From the IMG/VR virus record IMGVR_UViG_3300027503_000002: 64,000 nt of DNA; one strand, written 5' to 3'. Below the pieces are notes generated by a model. The model had not been told where the DNA came from and did not search any database. It worked only from the letters and a program-made list of their open reading frames with translations. The stretch is from a virus. Below are positions 40,333-49,187 of the stretch, piece after piece; the stretch's first letter is position 1; each line of letters opens with the position of its first letter. The position numbers and the translations under genes were made by a program.

Positions 40333-41108
40333 GTGACACTATTCGCATATTTGTGGGAAGTGAAATCGGTAATGAAAAAGCAGAAAAAGCTTTACATTAC
40401 AGCATAATAAAAAACTGCAAAGGAAGCGTAGATATATATTGGATGTCAGATAAATACAAGGATTCGATATGGGATAACTGGAACAAAGGAAGAGATGATA
40501 GAACTCAAAACTCTGGAGTAGGCTGGAAAACTAATTTTTCAGTTTTTAGATGGGCAATTCCAGAGCTTTGCGACTATAGCGGCAAGGCGATTTATTTGGA
40601 CGTTGATCAAATTGTCTTAAAGGATATAGAGCAGATGTGGAATCTTGATGTTAGAGATAATGCCGCACTGGCAATAAAAGAAGAAAGAACAGATGTCATG
40701 CTGATAAACTGTTCAAAATTCAAAGCTGATTTTTGGCCAAAAATACAAAAAATGAAGCCATCTGGCAAAAATCAAAAGCATTACAGACTCTTAATACAAA
40801 AAAATTCATCAATAGGTACGCTAGATAAAATATATAACTGTTTAGATGGCAAGGATTTTGATCAAGAAACTACAAGACTAGTACACTATACAAAGATGAA
40901 CACTCAGCCTTGGAGACCGTTTCCAGAAGTAATGCAGTATAAAGAGCACGGCAATAAGCAAGTTGAGAACCTGTGGCATGATTATTACAAAGAGGCTTTA
41001 GAATTTGAGGTAAAAAATAATTATATTCTTGGTTCTCCAGATGGATTTTTTGATTTAAAGTCTAGTTTTGATAGAGTAAGTAATTCTGCTGCCAAATACA
41101 TAAGATGA
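40329..41108 (+). CDS. GT-A glycosyltransferase (GT8-like)
   Basis: TNFSVFRWAIP, AIYLDVDQ, LVHYT...QPW. Confidence 0.75.
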   Translation: MSDTIRIFVGSEIGNEKAEKALHYSIIKNCKGSVDIYWMSDKYKDSIWDNWNKGRDDRTQNSGVGWKTNFSVFRWAIPELCDYSGKAIYLDVDQIVLKDIEQMWNLDVRDNAALAIKEERTDVMLINCSKFKADFWPKIQKMKPSGKNQKHYRLLIQKNSSIGTLDKIYNCLDGKDFDQETTRLVHYTKMNTQPWRPFPEVMQYKEHGNKQVENLWHDYYKEALEFEVKNNYILGSPDGFFDLKSSFDRVSNSAAKYIR

Positions 41109-41983
41109 TAAAATCGGCATATTATGGGATAGATGAAAAATACATAGATGTTAAAGATAGAATCCTATCAGATATACAGCATAAAAAATGTATTAAAGTG
41201 TCTAATGCATACTTCGGAAAAGATCCTGCGGTTAATGTTTTAAAGAGATTACGCATAGAAACTGAAGGTGGTGAAGTCTTTGTTTTTAACGAAAACAGTA
41301 TATGTCATTTAAATTTTTTAGATAAAAGTATTCTAAAAAAGACAAGATTGGGAATTTTTTACACAAACAATAAAATAAAAGAAGAAATACTAGATTCAAG
41401 TCTAGCTTCTATACAAAAATCAGTAGAGACATCGAATAATGCAGAAGTTATAGTTTGTCCGCAAGTAGCTAATTGTCAAAAATATTTTTTTGAAATAGAT
41501 TCAATATTTAAAAATAATCATCATCCAAATATAGTTTCTCAGATTTTGCAGTGCCTATCTGTTTTGAATAATTATAATAATTTTAAATACATAAGTTTTT
41601 TGGAGCATGATGTTTTGTATCCAGAGGAATATTTTGCATTTGAGGATTTTGACGAGAGTTATGTGTGCAATCAAAACTATATAGGAATATCAAAAATGGG
41701 TTTTCAGAAAAGCAATAGTGCCGCTTTGCCGCTTCATCAAATGACAATGAAAGCTGATTTTGCAAAAACTTACTTTGAAAAGCTATTGATAAAATATCTT
41801 TATGGACAGTTTGAAACGCTTGAGCCAGCTGGTAATATAAAGAAGATTTTTAATAAAAACCCATCTATGCATGTGAATCATGGAAAAAATTTTACATCAC
41901 ATTTCCAGACTTACAGAAAAGAGTACGCTGACAAAAATGAATATTGGGGAGAGTCCTCTAAGTATCAAAACTTTTTCTTATGA
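41105..41983 (+). CDS. GT-A glycosyltransferase with small N-terminal lectin-like module
   Basis: SAYYG...FGKDPAVNVLKRL N-terminus; FLEHDVLYP. Confidence 0.55.
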   Translation: MIKSAYYGIDEKYIDVKDRILSDIQHKKCIKVSNAYFGKDPAVNVLKRLRIETEGGEVFVFNENSICHLNFLDKSILKKTRLGIFYTNNKIKEEILDSSLASIQKSVETSNNAEVIVCPQVANCQKYFFEIDSIFKNNHHPNIVSQILQCLSVLNNYNNFKYISFLEHDVLYPEEYFAFEDFDESYVCNQNYIGISKMGFQKSNSAALPLHQMTMKADFAKTYFEKLLIKYLYGQFETLEPAGNIKKIFNKNPSMHVNHGKNFTSHFQTYRKEYADKNEYWGESSKYQNFFL

Positions 41984-42807
41984 GAAGTTTAACAGTTGGG
42001 ATGGCAACTTATGATGATTTTGATGGTGTTTACTTTACCATTCAGTCAATCCGGCTTTTTCACAAAGAAGTTTTAGATCACATAGAATTTATTATTGTTG
42101 ATAATAATCCATCGGGTAAGCATTCTGATTCAGTAAAAAAGCTGTGCAATGCAGTTAGTGAGCCAATTCAATATATATCGCAGCCAGAATATTCTAGCAC
42201 ATCCATAAGAAATAAAATATTTTCATTTGCAAGGACGCCTTATGTTTTGTGCGTAGACTGTCACGTATTAATAGAGTCTGGCGCTATTAAAAAATTAATA
42301 GATTTCTACGACTCAAAAAAAGATGAAGGAAACCTTTTACAGGGACCGCTGCTGTATGATGATTATAAACATATTTCAACTCATTTTGATCTTAAATGGC
42401 GCTCTCATATGTGGGGAACTTGGGAAACTGACAAAAGAGGACTGAGCCCCGATTCTGAACCGTTTGAAATTCAAGCTCAGGGTCTTGGGTTATTTTCTTG
42501 TGCTAAAGATTCTTGGTTAGGATTTAATGATCAGTTCAGAGGCTTTGGTGGAGAGGAGGGCTACATTCACGAAAAGTACAGGATGAATGGCAAAAAAACT
42601 TTATGCCTTCCATTTTTAAGATGGGTCCATCGTTTTGGAAGGCCAAGTGGAGTTCCGTATCCAATATCTTTAACAAACAAAATCAGGAACTATATAATAG
42701 CATTTACTGATCTAAATATACAATTAGATCCAGTTTATGAACATTTTAAAGAATCTATATCAAAAGAAGCTTTTTTAAATTTGGTTAAAGAAGTTATAAA
42801 AAAATGA
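41980..42807 (+). CDS. GT2-family glycosyltransferase
   Basis: VGMATYDD, IIVDNNP, CVDCHV, GFGGEE. Confidence 0.8.
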   Translation: MRSLTVGMATYDDFDGVYFTIQSIRLFHKEVLDHIEFIIVDNNPSGKHSDSVKKLCNAVSEPIQYISQPEYSSTSIRNKIFSFARTPYVLCVDCHVLIESGAIKKLIDFYDSKKDEGNLLQGPLLYDDYKHISTHFDLKWRSHMWGTWETDKRGLSPDSEPFEIQAQGLGLFSCAKDSWLGFNDQFRGFGGEEGYIHEKYRMNGKKTLCLPFLRWVHRFGRPSGVPYPISLTNKIRNYIIAFTDLNIQLDPVYEHFKESISKEAFLNLVKEVIKK

Positions 42808-43730
42808 AAATACTTTACATAACCCCACACTTGTCAACTGGGGGATTGCCTCAATATCTTTTAAAAAAGATTCAATCTTTAAAAGAAAATGAGATCTGGT
42901 GTATTGAATATAATTTTGTATCAGACAAATACACGGTTCAGAGAAATCAGGTTCTAGATCTTTTAAAAGACAAGTTTATTTCTTTAGGTAGTCAACCAAA
43001 AGAAAGGCTATTAGATTTAATAACGCAAATCGGGCCAGATGCAATTCATTTTGAGGAGTTTCCAGAAACCTTTGTATCTCACGAAATGCTGTATAAAATA
43101 TACGGTAAAGACAGGCGGTATTTGATATTTGAAACCAGTCATGGAATTTATTACAAGCCTCAAAGCAAAATCTTTCTGCCAGATAAGTTTATTTTTGTTT
43201 CTGAAATGCAGGCTGAAATGTATGGCAAGATGGGTGTTGGATATGAGATACTGGAATATCCAATAGATTTTAAAGACCCTAATAAAGCATTTAAAAAAGA
43301 ACTGGGATTCAAAGACGATGTAAAGCACGTATTAAATATTGGACTTTTTACTCAGGGTAAAAACCAAAAAGAGTTGATCGAGTACGCGCGCGCGCTTGAG
43401 GGCGAGAAGATCCAATTTCACTTTGTAGGTAATATGGCCGTTAACTTCAAGGATTATTGGGAGCCGATCTTAAAGAATCTCCCAAATAACTGTTTGATCT
43501 GGGGTGAAAGAAATGACGTTGATAAGTTCTATCAGGCTGCTGACTTGATGGTTTTTACCTCTAAAAGAGAAACGTCGCCGCTTGTTATCAGAGAGGCTTT
43601 GTCTTGGAAACTGCCGTGTTTGATTTATAATCTTCCAGCCTATAAAAATATGTATGATAAATTTGCTGGAGTTAGCTATTTAAAAGAGGGCGCTTTTAAG
43701 GAAAATCTCAAGAAGATCAAAGCTATATGA
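42804..43730 (+). CDS. GT4-family glycosyltransferase
   Basis: PHLSTGGLPQ, KNQ, FTSKRETSPLVIREALS. Confidence 0.8.
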   Translation: MKILYITPHLSTGGLPQYLLKKIQSLKENEIWCIEYNFVSDKYTVQRNQVLDLLKDKFISLGSQPKERLLDLITQIGPDAIHFEEFPETFVSHEMLYKIYGKDRRYLIFETSHGIYYKPQSKIFLPDKFIFVSEMQAEMYGKMGVGYEILEYPIDFKDPNKAFKKELGFKDDVKHVLNIGLFTQGKNQKELIEYARALEGEKIQFHFVGNMAVNFKDYWEPILKNLPNNCLIWGERNDVDKFYQAADLMVFTSKRETSPLVIREALSWKLPCLIYNLPAYKNMYDKFAGVSYLKEGAFKENLKKIKAI

Positions 43731-44893
43731 GAGATACTCTGCTTAATATTTATTCAAAAACAGAAAAATCATTTAAGGAACCAAGGAGGGCACAAAATAC
43801 AATTGAAGTGTCGTTTCTTGATTCAGCCAAAGTATCCATAAACGGCCCAATTGATCAGAGCTATACAGTAAAGTTTATTAATAATAAGACTGGCGAAATT
43901 ACCTACTCTTCTGAAATTAAGAATAATATGTGGTCTAAATCAACGATCCCGTATTACATTGAGTGGCGAATTCTTGTTGAGTCTGGCGGTCAAGCAATAT
44001 TTGATCAAGTTTTAAATCTTAAGGATAAGAAAGTATTGGTAGTTATAGACTCGCAGAGTCTTGGCGATATTTTGGCTTATGTTGGCCAGATTGACCGCTT
44101 TCAAACAAAGCACGGTTGCAAGTTAGATGTTTTGGCGCTGAATAAAGAGTTGGCGGAAATCCTAAATCTATCATACGAGAATATCAATTTTATTTCAGAT
44201 TTTAGCTATAAAGAGGACTACTATGCAATTTATAAGATAGGTTATCCATTGGAGAACTGGCAGAGCAGAAACCCAATCGATCCACGCACAATTCCTCTGC
44301 AACAAGTAGCTAGCTCAGTTCTTGGGCTAGATTTTAAAGAAGAAAAGCCGATTTTAACGTTTCAAAATTCAACCAAGAAGCATAAAAAATACGTTACTAT
44401 CGCTACTCAAAGCACTGCTCAGTGCAAGTACTGGAACAATGAGAAAGGTTGGGAGACACTAATAAATTATTTAAATAGCAAGGGATACGATGCTTGGTGC
44501 ATTGACCGCTTCCCTGTTTTTGGTAATGAAAAACAAAAGATGAACTTTATCCCCAAGGGGGCTATAGATAAGACTGGAAACATTCCACTAGAGGTCAGAA
44601 TGTCGCAAATCTATAATTCTGAATTTTTTATTGGTTTAGGATCGGGACTATCTTGGTTAGCTTGGGCGCTGAATAAGCCAACCGTATTAATTAGCGGATT
44701 CAGCAAAGCTTTTGCGGAGTTTGAGACCCCTTACCGAATCATTAACGACTCTGTGTGCAATGGGTGCTGGAACGATCCTAGCCTTAAATTTGATAAGGCT
44801 AACTGGATGTGGTGCCCCAGAAATAAGAACTTTGAGTGCTCGTCCAAGATAACCCCAGAAATGGTTATCGAAAAGATCAATACTCTACTTTGA
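43727..44893 (+). CDS. Aah/TibC-like (autotransporter strand-loop-strand) protein O-heptosyltransferase
   Basis: SLGD, STAQCKYWNN, FIGLGSGLSWLAWA, LISGFS and a C-x2-C-x15-C-x7-C iron-finger pattern. Confidence 0.8.
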   Translation: MRDTLLNIYSKTEKSFKEPRRAQNTIEVSFLDSAKVSINGPIDQSYTVKFINNKTGEITYSSEIKNNMWSKSTIPYYIEWRILVESGGQAIFDQVLNLKDKKVLVVIDSQSLGDILAYVGQIDRFQTKHGCKLDVLALNKELAEILNLSYENINFISDFSYKEDYYAIYKIGYPLENWQSRNPIDPRTIPLQQVASSVLGLDFKEEKPILTFQNSTKKHKKYVTIATQSTAQCKYWNNEKGWETLINYLNSKGYDAWCIDRFPVFGNEKQKMNFIPKGAIDKTGNIPLEVRMSQIYNSEFFIGLGSGLSWLAWALNKPTVLISGFSKAFAEFETPYRIINDSVCNGCWNDPSLKFDKANWMWCPRNKNFECSSKITPEMVIEKINTLL

Positions 44894-45257
44894 CCCGCTT
44901 AGACTCGTAGGTCTTTTTTTGATCTGGGTGGACTGCGCCTTTGCGGTTGGCGGAATAGTCCTTAAAAAACTTTTCTTTTATTGGGTCAGAGCCACCGTAT
45001 GTTTTAGCGCGTTTTTCGCTCAATTCCCTGCTCTTGTCTATCAGGTCGCCATAAGTCCCTTTCTTGTTTCTTGTGGCATCGATAAACGCGGTACTGCTAT
45101 TCGGGTCTATTTGCGAGTCTATGGAGGCATTGGGTATCTGGTATACCCTTTTCCACTTCAGCCCGTTTTGGTCGGTATATGAGTGCTCCTCGTTCATTGT
45201 CTGAAGGATGTCTACGACCTCTCCTGTTTCGGGGTTCTCGTATGTATAAAGTGGCAT
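44877..45257 (-). CDS. FmdB-like ribbon protein lacking cysteines
   Basis: MPLYTY.NPETGE N-terminus. Confidence 0.5.
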   Translation of the reverse strand: MPLYTYENPETGEVVDILQTMNEEHSYTDQNGLKWKRVYQIPNASIDSQIDPNSSTAFIDATRNKKGTYGDLIDKSRELSEKRAKTYGGSDPIKEKFFKDYSANRKGAVHPDQKKTYESKRVKVEY

Positions 45258-45271
45258 ATTTTATTATGAAT

Positions 45272-45297
45272 AAAAAAGCCGCTTTTTCAAGCGGCTT
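45272..45297 (-). terminator. rho-independent terminator downstream of hsp20
   Basis: AAGCCGCTT-N4-AAGCGGCTT followed by a T run on the minus strand. Confidence 0.7.
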
Positions 45298-45302
45298 AGT
45301 TT

Positions 45303-45626
45303 TTAGGTAATTTTAATTGTTTTTAGCTGTGGCGGCTTCTTGTTTGGAATTCTAAATAGAAGCTGTCCGTGCTCCATAGTTGCTGTCGCATTGTGCATAT
45401 CAAGTTTCTCGGAAACATCAAAAACTTGACTAAACACGCTAGCCTTATTCTTTTGAGCTTCGATTTTAACCGTATAGTCAACGTCGCTATACGAGATAGT
45501 CACGTTGTCTTTATTAACTCCTGGTAGATTAACGGTGATTGTGGCGCCATTTTCATCTACATTGGAGACGTAATTATAAGTGCTAGCTGCGCTTGTTGCT
45601 GAATAGTAGTATGTTTTTGAGTACAT
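45303..45626 (-). CDS. small heat shock protein (Hsp20/alpha-crystallin)
   Basis: NLPGVNKDNVTI and ATMEHGQLLFRIP; ATG at 45626. Confidence 0.75.
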   Translation of the reverse strand: MYSKTYYYSATSAASTYNYVSNVDENGATITVNLPGVNKDNVTISYSDVDYTVKIEAQKNKASVFSQVFDVSEKLDMHNATATMEHGQLLFRIPNKKPPQLKTIKIT

Positions 45627-45680
45627 AGTTGTGACGCTGTTATTTAGCAAAGCTTGTGCCAAGGTCTTTCCTAGGAAGAA

Positions 45681-46781
45681 TCAGGAAATTGCCTTAATAA
45701 TTGAGACCATTTGACTTATGGATTTCTCGTAAGTGAAAGTTTGTCTCAGGAGTTTGCCCTGCTCGTTAACCTTACCAGCCTCAACAAGAGCTACGGCCTT
45801 CTCTATCGCAGCCATAGCTTCGTCTTCATTGAAGTCGTAGATCGATCCCTGATTGAAGTCGCCGCCCTTATTAAAGAATGCTCCATCATAAGCTTCGATT
45901 TTTGCGGAAGGATTAATCAGAACTGAGTTTTGCTCAGTGGCCCAATCCTTATGGCTTGTAGCGTTAAGTACCACACTCCACTTGCCAAGACAGGTAGCGT
46001 TGAATGCTGGTAGACCCCAGCCCTCCGCGCCGCTCAAGCCGCTAAGATCAATATTGCAGGAATTAATAATATCATTAACCTCTGAGTTTGTGGCTACATA
46101 AGGAAGGACATTTACATTCCAAGCCATACTGCGATAACCGACAACAATCTTCTTCATCAATTCGTGATTAAAAAATGGGTTAATAATAGAGCAATTAAGC
46201 TGGAACTTTGGATTATTTCCAAAACGCTTAACCCACATTTTGACAATCTTGTCGGTATGCTTGCGCTTTTCAAACTTACCCATCAGCAAGAATGTAATCT
46301 TATCTGGCATATAGCTCTTCTTGGTCTCAAAAAAGTCTTCGTCAAAACCAAGAGGAATAGAATATACCTTGCCAAGATTAGCATTAGCAAATGTTCTAGC
46401 AGAGTATGCGCTAGAGAAGATTGCCGCATCTTGAGCGCCAACTATTGCGTTTTCCGCAACAGTTGGCTGATCAAGCTCGTAAAACGTATAAAGAACTTGT
46501 TTCGGACAGATTCTCTTTTCAGCCCCATTAATGTGCCAGAGCTTAAGGCTTACAGCATCCTTCTGCAAAGCAGAATAGCGATTGGCGACAATCGAAGAGA
46601 TCCACTTCTTTAAGTCTTGATCCATCTTGTCAAAAGAAGAGAAATTTATTTCTCCGACAGGAAAGAAAGAAACTTTAAAATTTGGATCTAAAGCTGAAAG
46701 CTTGTGCAATTCCTTCAGAAAGTTATAGGCAACGTTTCCAAAGGAAAGCTGGCTTAGTGGAGCTTCAAAGATGATCTTCAT
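45681..46781 (-). CDS. GT4-like glycosyltransferase
   Basis: GKFEKRK, SGAEGWGLPAF. Confidence 0.75.
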   Translation of the reverse strand: MKIIFEAPLSQLSFGNVAYNFLKELHKLSALDPNFKVSFFPVGEINFSSFDKMDQDLKKWISSIVANRYSALQKDAVSLKLWHINGAEKRICPKQVLYTFYELDQPTVAENAIVGAQDAAIFSSAYSARTFANANLGKVYSIPLGFDEDFFETKKSYMPDKITFLLMGKFEKRKHTDKIVKMWVKRFGNNPKFQLNCSIINPFFNHELMKKIVVGYRSMAWNVNVLPYVATNSEVNDIINSCNIDLSGLSGAEGWGLPAFNATCLGKWSVVLNATSHKDWATEQNSVLINPSAKIEAYDGAFFNKGGDFNQGSIYDFNEDEAMAAIEKAVALVEAGKVNEQGKLLRQTFTYEKSISQMVSIIKAIS

Positions 46782-47230
46782 TACATTGGTACTTCGTCGT
46801 CCTCAAGAGGAGCGGGCTTTTGGGCCTTGGAGTATGCCTGAGCCTTTTGAGCGGGCTTTGCGAATTGCTTAGCTGCTGGGCGCTGTTGAGGAGCCTCCTC
46901 TTCGGTGTCCTGATCAGCATCCTTCTTCTTGCCGCCAAGGAAGCCAACTCTTTCAGCGACGGCTACGATCTTGGACTGCTTCTTGCCGTCCTTCTCCCAA
47001 GTGTCTTGCTTGAGGCGACCAACAACAGATACGCCACTGCCCTTCTTGACATAGTTCATAACGAACTCTGCCTGCTTCTCCCATACATCAACATCGATAT
47101 AAAGAACATCCTTGTCATTGATTGGGTTATTTACCGCCAGACGGAAACCAGCAACTGTCTTTCCGGTCTGAGTGGTGCGAGACTCTGGGTCCGCGACTAC
47201 ATTTCCTGCTAATACGATTGAATTAATCAT
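46781..47230 (-). CDS. ssb: single-stranded DNA-binding protein
   Basis: NSIVLAGNVVADPE, KKGSGVSVVGRL, acidic DDEVPM tail. Confidence 0.95.
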   Translation of the reverse strand: MINSIVLAGNVVADPESRTTQTGKTVAGFRLAVNNPINDKDVLYIDVDVWEKQAEFVMNYVKKGSGVSVVGRLKQDTWEKDGKKQSKIVAVAERVGFLGGKKKDADQDTEEEAPQQRPAAKQFAKPAQKAQAYSKAQKPAPLEDDEVPM

Positions 47231-47810
47231 TGGATTTGTGAAACTTTTTCTTTAACTTTTTAAGTGTTGAATTATGAATATTAATACATCCCTGAATCGA
47301 TAAATTAATTTCCTTCGCTATCTTGCGCCAAGGAACAAGCTTTCTTTTACCAGCCACTGAAACATAACGCATCTTGAAAATCTTTGCGACTCTGGAATCT
47401 TCATTCTCTTCTATAAATTTAAAAACTTTATTTAATGTATCGCTTTCTGTCTTTTCAAGACTCTCTGAGCTTTCGAACTCGCAATCAAAGTTGTCGTCAA
47501 GAGGAGCGTGCGCTTTTTTGTTTGCGGCGTTTAAGCAAAGCCAGCGAGTGTGGTTCCCGAGATAAGTTGAGAACTTAATGTTGCGTGTCTCGTCAAAGTT
47601 TTGAACAGCGTCATAAATATGGGACTCTTTGCTGTCTAGCAAATCATTGATATTATCGATGGCAATTGAGCGAGGAGCATAGCTGTGAACCATCTGAAGG
47701 TAGATCCCAGAATGACGGTTGACGATTTCCTGAAAGCAGGAACTGTCTCCGTGATCCTTGACCTTTTCGATCAAGGATAGGTCATCCATCTTTTCTGGGA
47801 CCAGTCTCAT
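47223..47810 (-). CDS. phage sigma-70-family RNA polymerase sigma factor
   Basis: Region 2 AVQNFDETRNIKFSTY; region 4 HTH WRKIAKEINLS. Confidence 0.8.
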   Translation of the reverse strand: MRLVPEKMDDLSLIEKVKDHGDSSCFQEIVNRHSGIYLQMVHSYAPRSIAIDNINDLLDSKESHIYDAVQNFDETRNIKFSTYLGNHTRWLCLNAANKKAHAPLDDNFDCEFESSESLEKTESDTLNKVFKFIEENEDSRVAKIFKMRYVSVAGKRKLVPWRKIAKEINLSIQGCINIHNSTLKKLKKKFHKSND

Positions 47811-48274
47811 ACTCCAGTGCTGCCGAAGCCGCCCAAGCCCCTCTGGCTTTCGTCCAGAGAATCAGTTTGATGAGCGGAAAGATTAAAGCTTGGCATAAAC
47901 ACAAGCTGCCCAATCTTATCGCCTTTTTGATAAATCAAAGATTTCTTTGTGAGCTTCTTGCCCAAGAAGCGAAATCTAAGCTTGATTGAATTACGATAAC
48001 TGGAGTCGATTACCCCAACCGAATTGGCCAGCGAAAGCTCGTACTTACTGATGCTTGAGCGAGGAAACACAAGAGTGAAAAAACTCTCTGGAGGTTGAAT
48101 CGCAACACCAGTGTCGTACTCGACATACAAAACTGTTTTCTTCAAATCGTCTGCAAACACGATCTCAGGCTCCGAAGCTGCAACCAGATCCCAACCGACA
48201 TCGCCCTTCGCTGGGGTAAGCAAGTTGTTTTCGAAACCATTTTTGAGAACTTTGAACGATAGGTTTTGGGTCAT
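47807..48274 (-). CDS. dut: trimeric dUTPase
   Basis: GWDL, PRSS, GVIDSSY, GDKIGQL, RGLGGFGSTG. Confidence 0.95.
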   Translation of the reverse strand: MTQNLSFKVLKNGFENNLLTPAKGDVGWDLVAASEPEIVFADDLKKTVLYVEYDTGVAIQPPESFFTLVFPRSSISKYELSLANSVGVIDSSYRNSIKLRFRFLGKKLTKKSLIYQKGDKIGQLVFMPSFNLSAHQTDSLDESQRGLGGFGSTGV

Positions 48275-48280
48275 GGATGA

Positions 48281-48309
48281 ACTCTGCCATCAATCGTAGT
48301 TCTCGTCAA
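48281..48309 (-). promoter_or_regulatory. sigma70-like promoter, probably leaderless, for dut
   Basis: TTGACG-N17-CAGAGT (preceded by TGG), 6 nt before ATG. Confidence 0.4.
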
Positions 48310-48328
48310 TAGTTTTTCCAAAGATTTT

Positions 48329-48468
48329 TGCGCGGAGCGCATAAAAAACCGAAGGTTTTTTATATATCGAAAGGGAGGGGGATAAAGGGATAGTGGGTTG
48401 GGGGATAATAGGGGGGGAGTCTGAGGGGGGGAAAGAAGGGGGAAGGGAGAAAGGGTTAAGGGGGAGGG
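48329..48468. other. two GNA-triloop hairpins plus a 12-G-run tract; candidate replication origin
   Basis: TGCGC-GGA-GCGCA and ATAAAAAACC-GAA-GGTTTTTTAT, then a G-rich tract with a single C, between divergent genes. Confidence 0.45.
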
Positions 48469-48482
48469 AAAACCAAAATCGG

Positions 48483-48489
48483 GTGTAAA
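48483..48489 (+). promoter_or_regulatory. putative late promoter element GTGTAAA
   Basis: 7 nt upstream of ATG 48497. Confidence 0.5.
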
Positions 48490-48496
48490 ATTTTAG

Positions 48497-49171
48497 ATGA
48501 GAAATCGGGCCAAAAACCTCTACTTTTTCCTCGCAGGACTGCTGCTTGGACTAGGTTCTATTTTTTTATCCCGAACCGCCGAGAAGTTCTATCATAAGTA
48601 TAACCCAATCAACGAGTCACAACCGATTCGCAGATTTGGCCGAAACAATATTAATTCGTGGTTTCAAGATGGGCTTTTATTTTTAAAAACCTCGCCCAAA
48701 ACTGAAAGTATTAGCAAATCTTATGATACGACATACGTCAGAGAAAGCCTTCTTAAGGCTGGACTAGGCACAAATGTTGATGTCATCTTCCGCGATAAAC
48801 ATTACAGCTTTGCCAGTCTTTCTTGGTTTAACAAATATGTAACGTGGTGGATCACGATGATCATCGATCACGATGTCTACTTTGTCGCAAACTCTTTTGA
48901 TTGTGATAATTTTAGCGATTTTTTTATGGTCGCTTACAGTTTTTCAAATTATAACCTCAACAGTGACTTGACATCTCAATTGGCCTGTGGCACAGTGATA
49001 GTCGAGCAGTTGGAGGAATACGCCGGAATTCAGTATGGAGAAGGCATATGGCACTCCCTGAATATTGTTTGGCTTGACAGAGACTGGTTCGTAATAGAAC
49101 CGCAAAACGGAGCCTATATAAGTTTAGGGTCTTACCCCAATAAAAATAACATAAAGGCGATCATCTTTTAG
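48497..49171 (+). CDS. membrane-anchored papain/transglutaminase-like cysteine protease-fold protein
   Basis: Hydrophobic N-terminus; FDCDNFS, HSLN, IEPQN (Cys-His-Glu). Confidence 0.6.
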   Translation: MRNRAKNLYFFLAGLLLGLGSIFLSRTAEKFYHKYNPINESQPIRRFGRNNINSWFQDGLLFLKTSPKTESISKSYDTTYVRESLLKAGLGTNVDVIFRDKHYSFASLSWFNKYVTWWITMIIDHDVYFVANSFDCDNFSDFFMVAYSFSNYNLNSDLTSQLACGTVIVEQLEEYAGIQYGEGIWHSLNIVWLDRDWFVIEPQNGAYISLGSYPNKNNIKAIIF

Positions 49172-49177
49172 TGTAAA
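49171..49177 (+). promoter_or_regulatory. putative late promoter element GTGTAAA
   Basis: 10 nt upstream of ATG 49188. Confidence 0.5.
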
Positions 49178-49187
49178 ACTATTTATT

